Part shown: piece after piece, positions 55,901-56,902 of the stretch
Layout of the letters: each line of letters starts with the position of its first letter
Position numbering within the stretch: the first letter of the stretch is position 1
Source: Pachysolen tannophilus NRRL Y-2460
Taxonomy: Eukaryota
Direction of reading: 5' to 3'
Assembly (NCBI GenBank): GCA_001661245.1
Contig: KV454011.1
Span: 2,223,271-2,280,172, forward strand
Length of the DNA: 56,902 bases
Program-made: the position numbers and the translations under genes
Notes under the pieces: generated by a model
What the model was told of the DNA's origin: nothing
The model's input: only the letters and a program-made list of their open reading frames with translations
The model's database searches: none

Positions 55901-56349
55901 GATTAGTTTTACCTATTGGAGGTGTTAGAGAAAAAATTTTGGGAGCTCATTTAGCTGGTAATATAAGTAAAGTCTTGTTACCGAGATTAAATAGAAGAGA
56001 CATTATTGAAGAGTTCATAACCAATAACAATTCTATAACCAAAAGTGAAGAAAAAGATCATTTATTAACACTTCTCATAAAAAATGAAGAAAAATTGTTA
56101 TCGTCATCATCATCAGCATCATCACAACACAAGAATCAAATTTTTGAAGAACCAGAACAATGGGTAAAGGAGAAATTGGGAATTGAAATCATGTATGTTG
56201 AAGAATTTGCAGATGTAATACAAGCGGTTTGGGGACATAATACTGAAGCCTCAGATGATTCAAATGATGCCAATAACAGTGATGACGATATTAAAATTGT
56301 TGGAATTGAGCAAAAGAACAAATTCCTGACACCTTTAAGTAGACTATAG
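52978..56349 (+). CDS. Peroxisomal Lon protease (LONP2/Pln-like)
   Basis: Walker A GPPGVGKTS, GHRRTYVGAMPG, LLDEIDK, catalytic KDGPSAG, GGVREK and C-terminal PTS1 SRL. First ATG at 52978. Confidence 0.93.
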   Translation: MMATLTLPILQLNSRLVFMPGVIYKTSYSYDQAKLILNRFSNFSSDKNLLKFLDSKSSKSNDDDVIDVELSKDAVKGIIQFNKFFATADSDSTEGQDWLIIGCLPTYDNKDYNDKVATICRISKVYDNDSEVMIYFQAMTRGKLVDTNSINESLMEIEIDLQIDNSFLKQFQKNGGDYFLKVLNFLQDINRFMDEFTFALKIQTNKKLSNSLDHNEKLKYAFLTLSPLANVLHSQLSKNEMLNGFQKLEKLFKNLNQQYTNGTMDSQATSKNLLKLADLLFALFPFTLYQKTGFLFAFNNLEKRLKIFIYSIEFGIRLFEECLNVEFILENWDILKAENVPSSLYDKSTSSSFRSKLISNHLKSLKILVDDIGSKSSQVSNGQKINTSNSVPARGLPLTRNNNNTDDNEDTDNDFAGLTKFIQEIGDYKIPEDAVKLIRKDFNRLKRMSPNHSEYHLLHSYLEIVQDIPWELKVANRENSNFIDLRIAKEQLDKDHYGLQNAKDRILQYLAVLNLHEMINKRNVKNNEGLPRENDKIEPIVIENFKRTSFGKAQPHRQREEKPKQKLQHQTKAPILLLTGPPGVGKTSLAKSIATALNRNFQRISLGGLKDESEIKGHRRTYVGAMPGLIVQALRKAQVMNPIILLDEIDKVVSGARGGMNRVNGDPAAALLEVLDPEQNVNFQDHYIGFPIDLSQVLFICTSNDHHLLSGPLRDRMEVLELNGYNYFEKMEIARKYLLTRQIKRNGLPLGYSPIQLSDEVLLKIATSYTREPGVRNLERLLGSICRKKAIEYSKLLKGSQDLNSIPQGYKCVIKIDDLPRYIGIPPHLTSSQEQGIANSLTSIKFGIVNGLSYNSDGSGGTLIFEMTGLPSSSYSLQMTGRLGNVLTESAKIGSSLIRSILNKNLLQFKNGKYDCLKLLEKLNKMEIHLHVPLGSISKDGPSAGITITLCLLSLLLEKPVPSNIAMTGEITLRGLVLPIGGVREKILGAHLAGNISKVLLPRLNRRDIIEEFITNNNSITKSEEKDHLLTLLIKNEEKLLSSSSSASSQHKNQIFEEPEQWVKEKLGIEIMYVEEFADVIQAVWGHNTEASDDSNDANNSDDDIKIVGIEQKNKFLTPLSRL

Positions 56350-56810
56350 TTAGTTAGTTAGTTAGTTGTATATAGATTTTATTTTGTTAATTATTAGAAA
56401 GACCTGTTCACAAGTGTGCACTATCTTATACGCACAAGTGCTTATAAGAGCGCAATGCGTACAGCAAAAAGCGGTACGCATAATTGAGCGCTTAAGTACT
56501 AACTTGCGTACCGCATTGTAGGGCTAAAAGCGCGCACAATTTTGCTTTCCAATTTTTTTTTTTTTTTACTTTTTCTTATTTTCGAAAGCAGAAAGAGATT
56601 TTATTTCCTTTAAAAGAAGAAGACAACTAAATGAAACCAAGAAGATTAGTTTTAAGTGTAATTTATTTATTTTCATTGTTATTTCATTTCAATTGATTGC
56701 TTTTCTTTCTTTCTTTTATTTTCTTTTTCTTTTTTTCTTTTTTTTTTTTTTTTTTTTAATCTTTTTGATCGACCTTAATTAAAACTTGATCCATTATTGG
56801 GAATTTCAAG

Positions 56811-56902
56811 ATGGCATCATCAATTCATTTTTTTAGATATTAAGGGGAAGCCATTATTATCCAGAGATTATAAAGGTGATATTCCCAGTAGTGCTTAGAA
56901 AA
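56811..56902 (+). CDS. APM1: AP-1 adaptor mu subunit, 5' fragment truncated by the window edge
   Basis: Manual translation MASSIHFLDIKGKPLLSRDYKGDIP matches the mu1-adaptin N-terminus. Confidence 0.88.

Noticed and set aside
1..56902. Transposons, LTRs, recombinase genes, rRNA/tRNA genes, CRISPR arrays
   Set aside because: None recognisable by eye; no integrase, transposase or recombinase motifs in any ORF.

Overview
AT-rich, gene-dense chromosomal window from a budding yeast (Saccharomycotina) with about 27 protein-coding genes, five intact short spliceosomal introns, many microsatellites and one scaffold gap. CTG codons fall at conserved Ala positions, pointing to the CUG-Ala genetic code (Pachysolen/Nakazawaea-type yeast), so the supplied translations are wrong at CTG. 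Gene order: NCS1 permease (partial), STB6-like, VPH1, BUB2, PNP1, SEC13, HRD3, dynactin p62, MHF2, DLD1, SDT1-like, HCR1, ALG2, SGF73, TYW1, DUF1992 protein, ADY2-like, a large orphan, a TauD/JLP1-like dioxygenase, EFM2, PSF2, ARG2, a Gly/Gln-rich protein, FMP40, MRS6, SEC61, peroxisomal Lon and APM1 (partial). The main anomaly is a 1.1-kb segment (15537-16654) bounded by 18-bp imperfect inverted repeats. As assembled it breaks both HRD3 (inside its intron) and dynactin p62 (mid-CDS). Flipping it at the repeats restores both reading frames exactly. It is either a real microhomology inversion or invertible two-gene switch, or an assembly/library chimera. All gene identifications come from remembered motifs, not from database searches.
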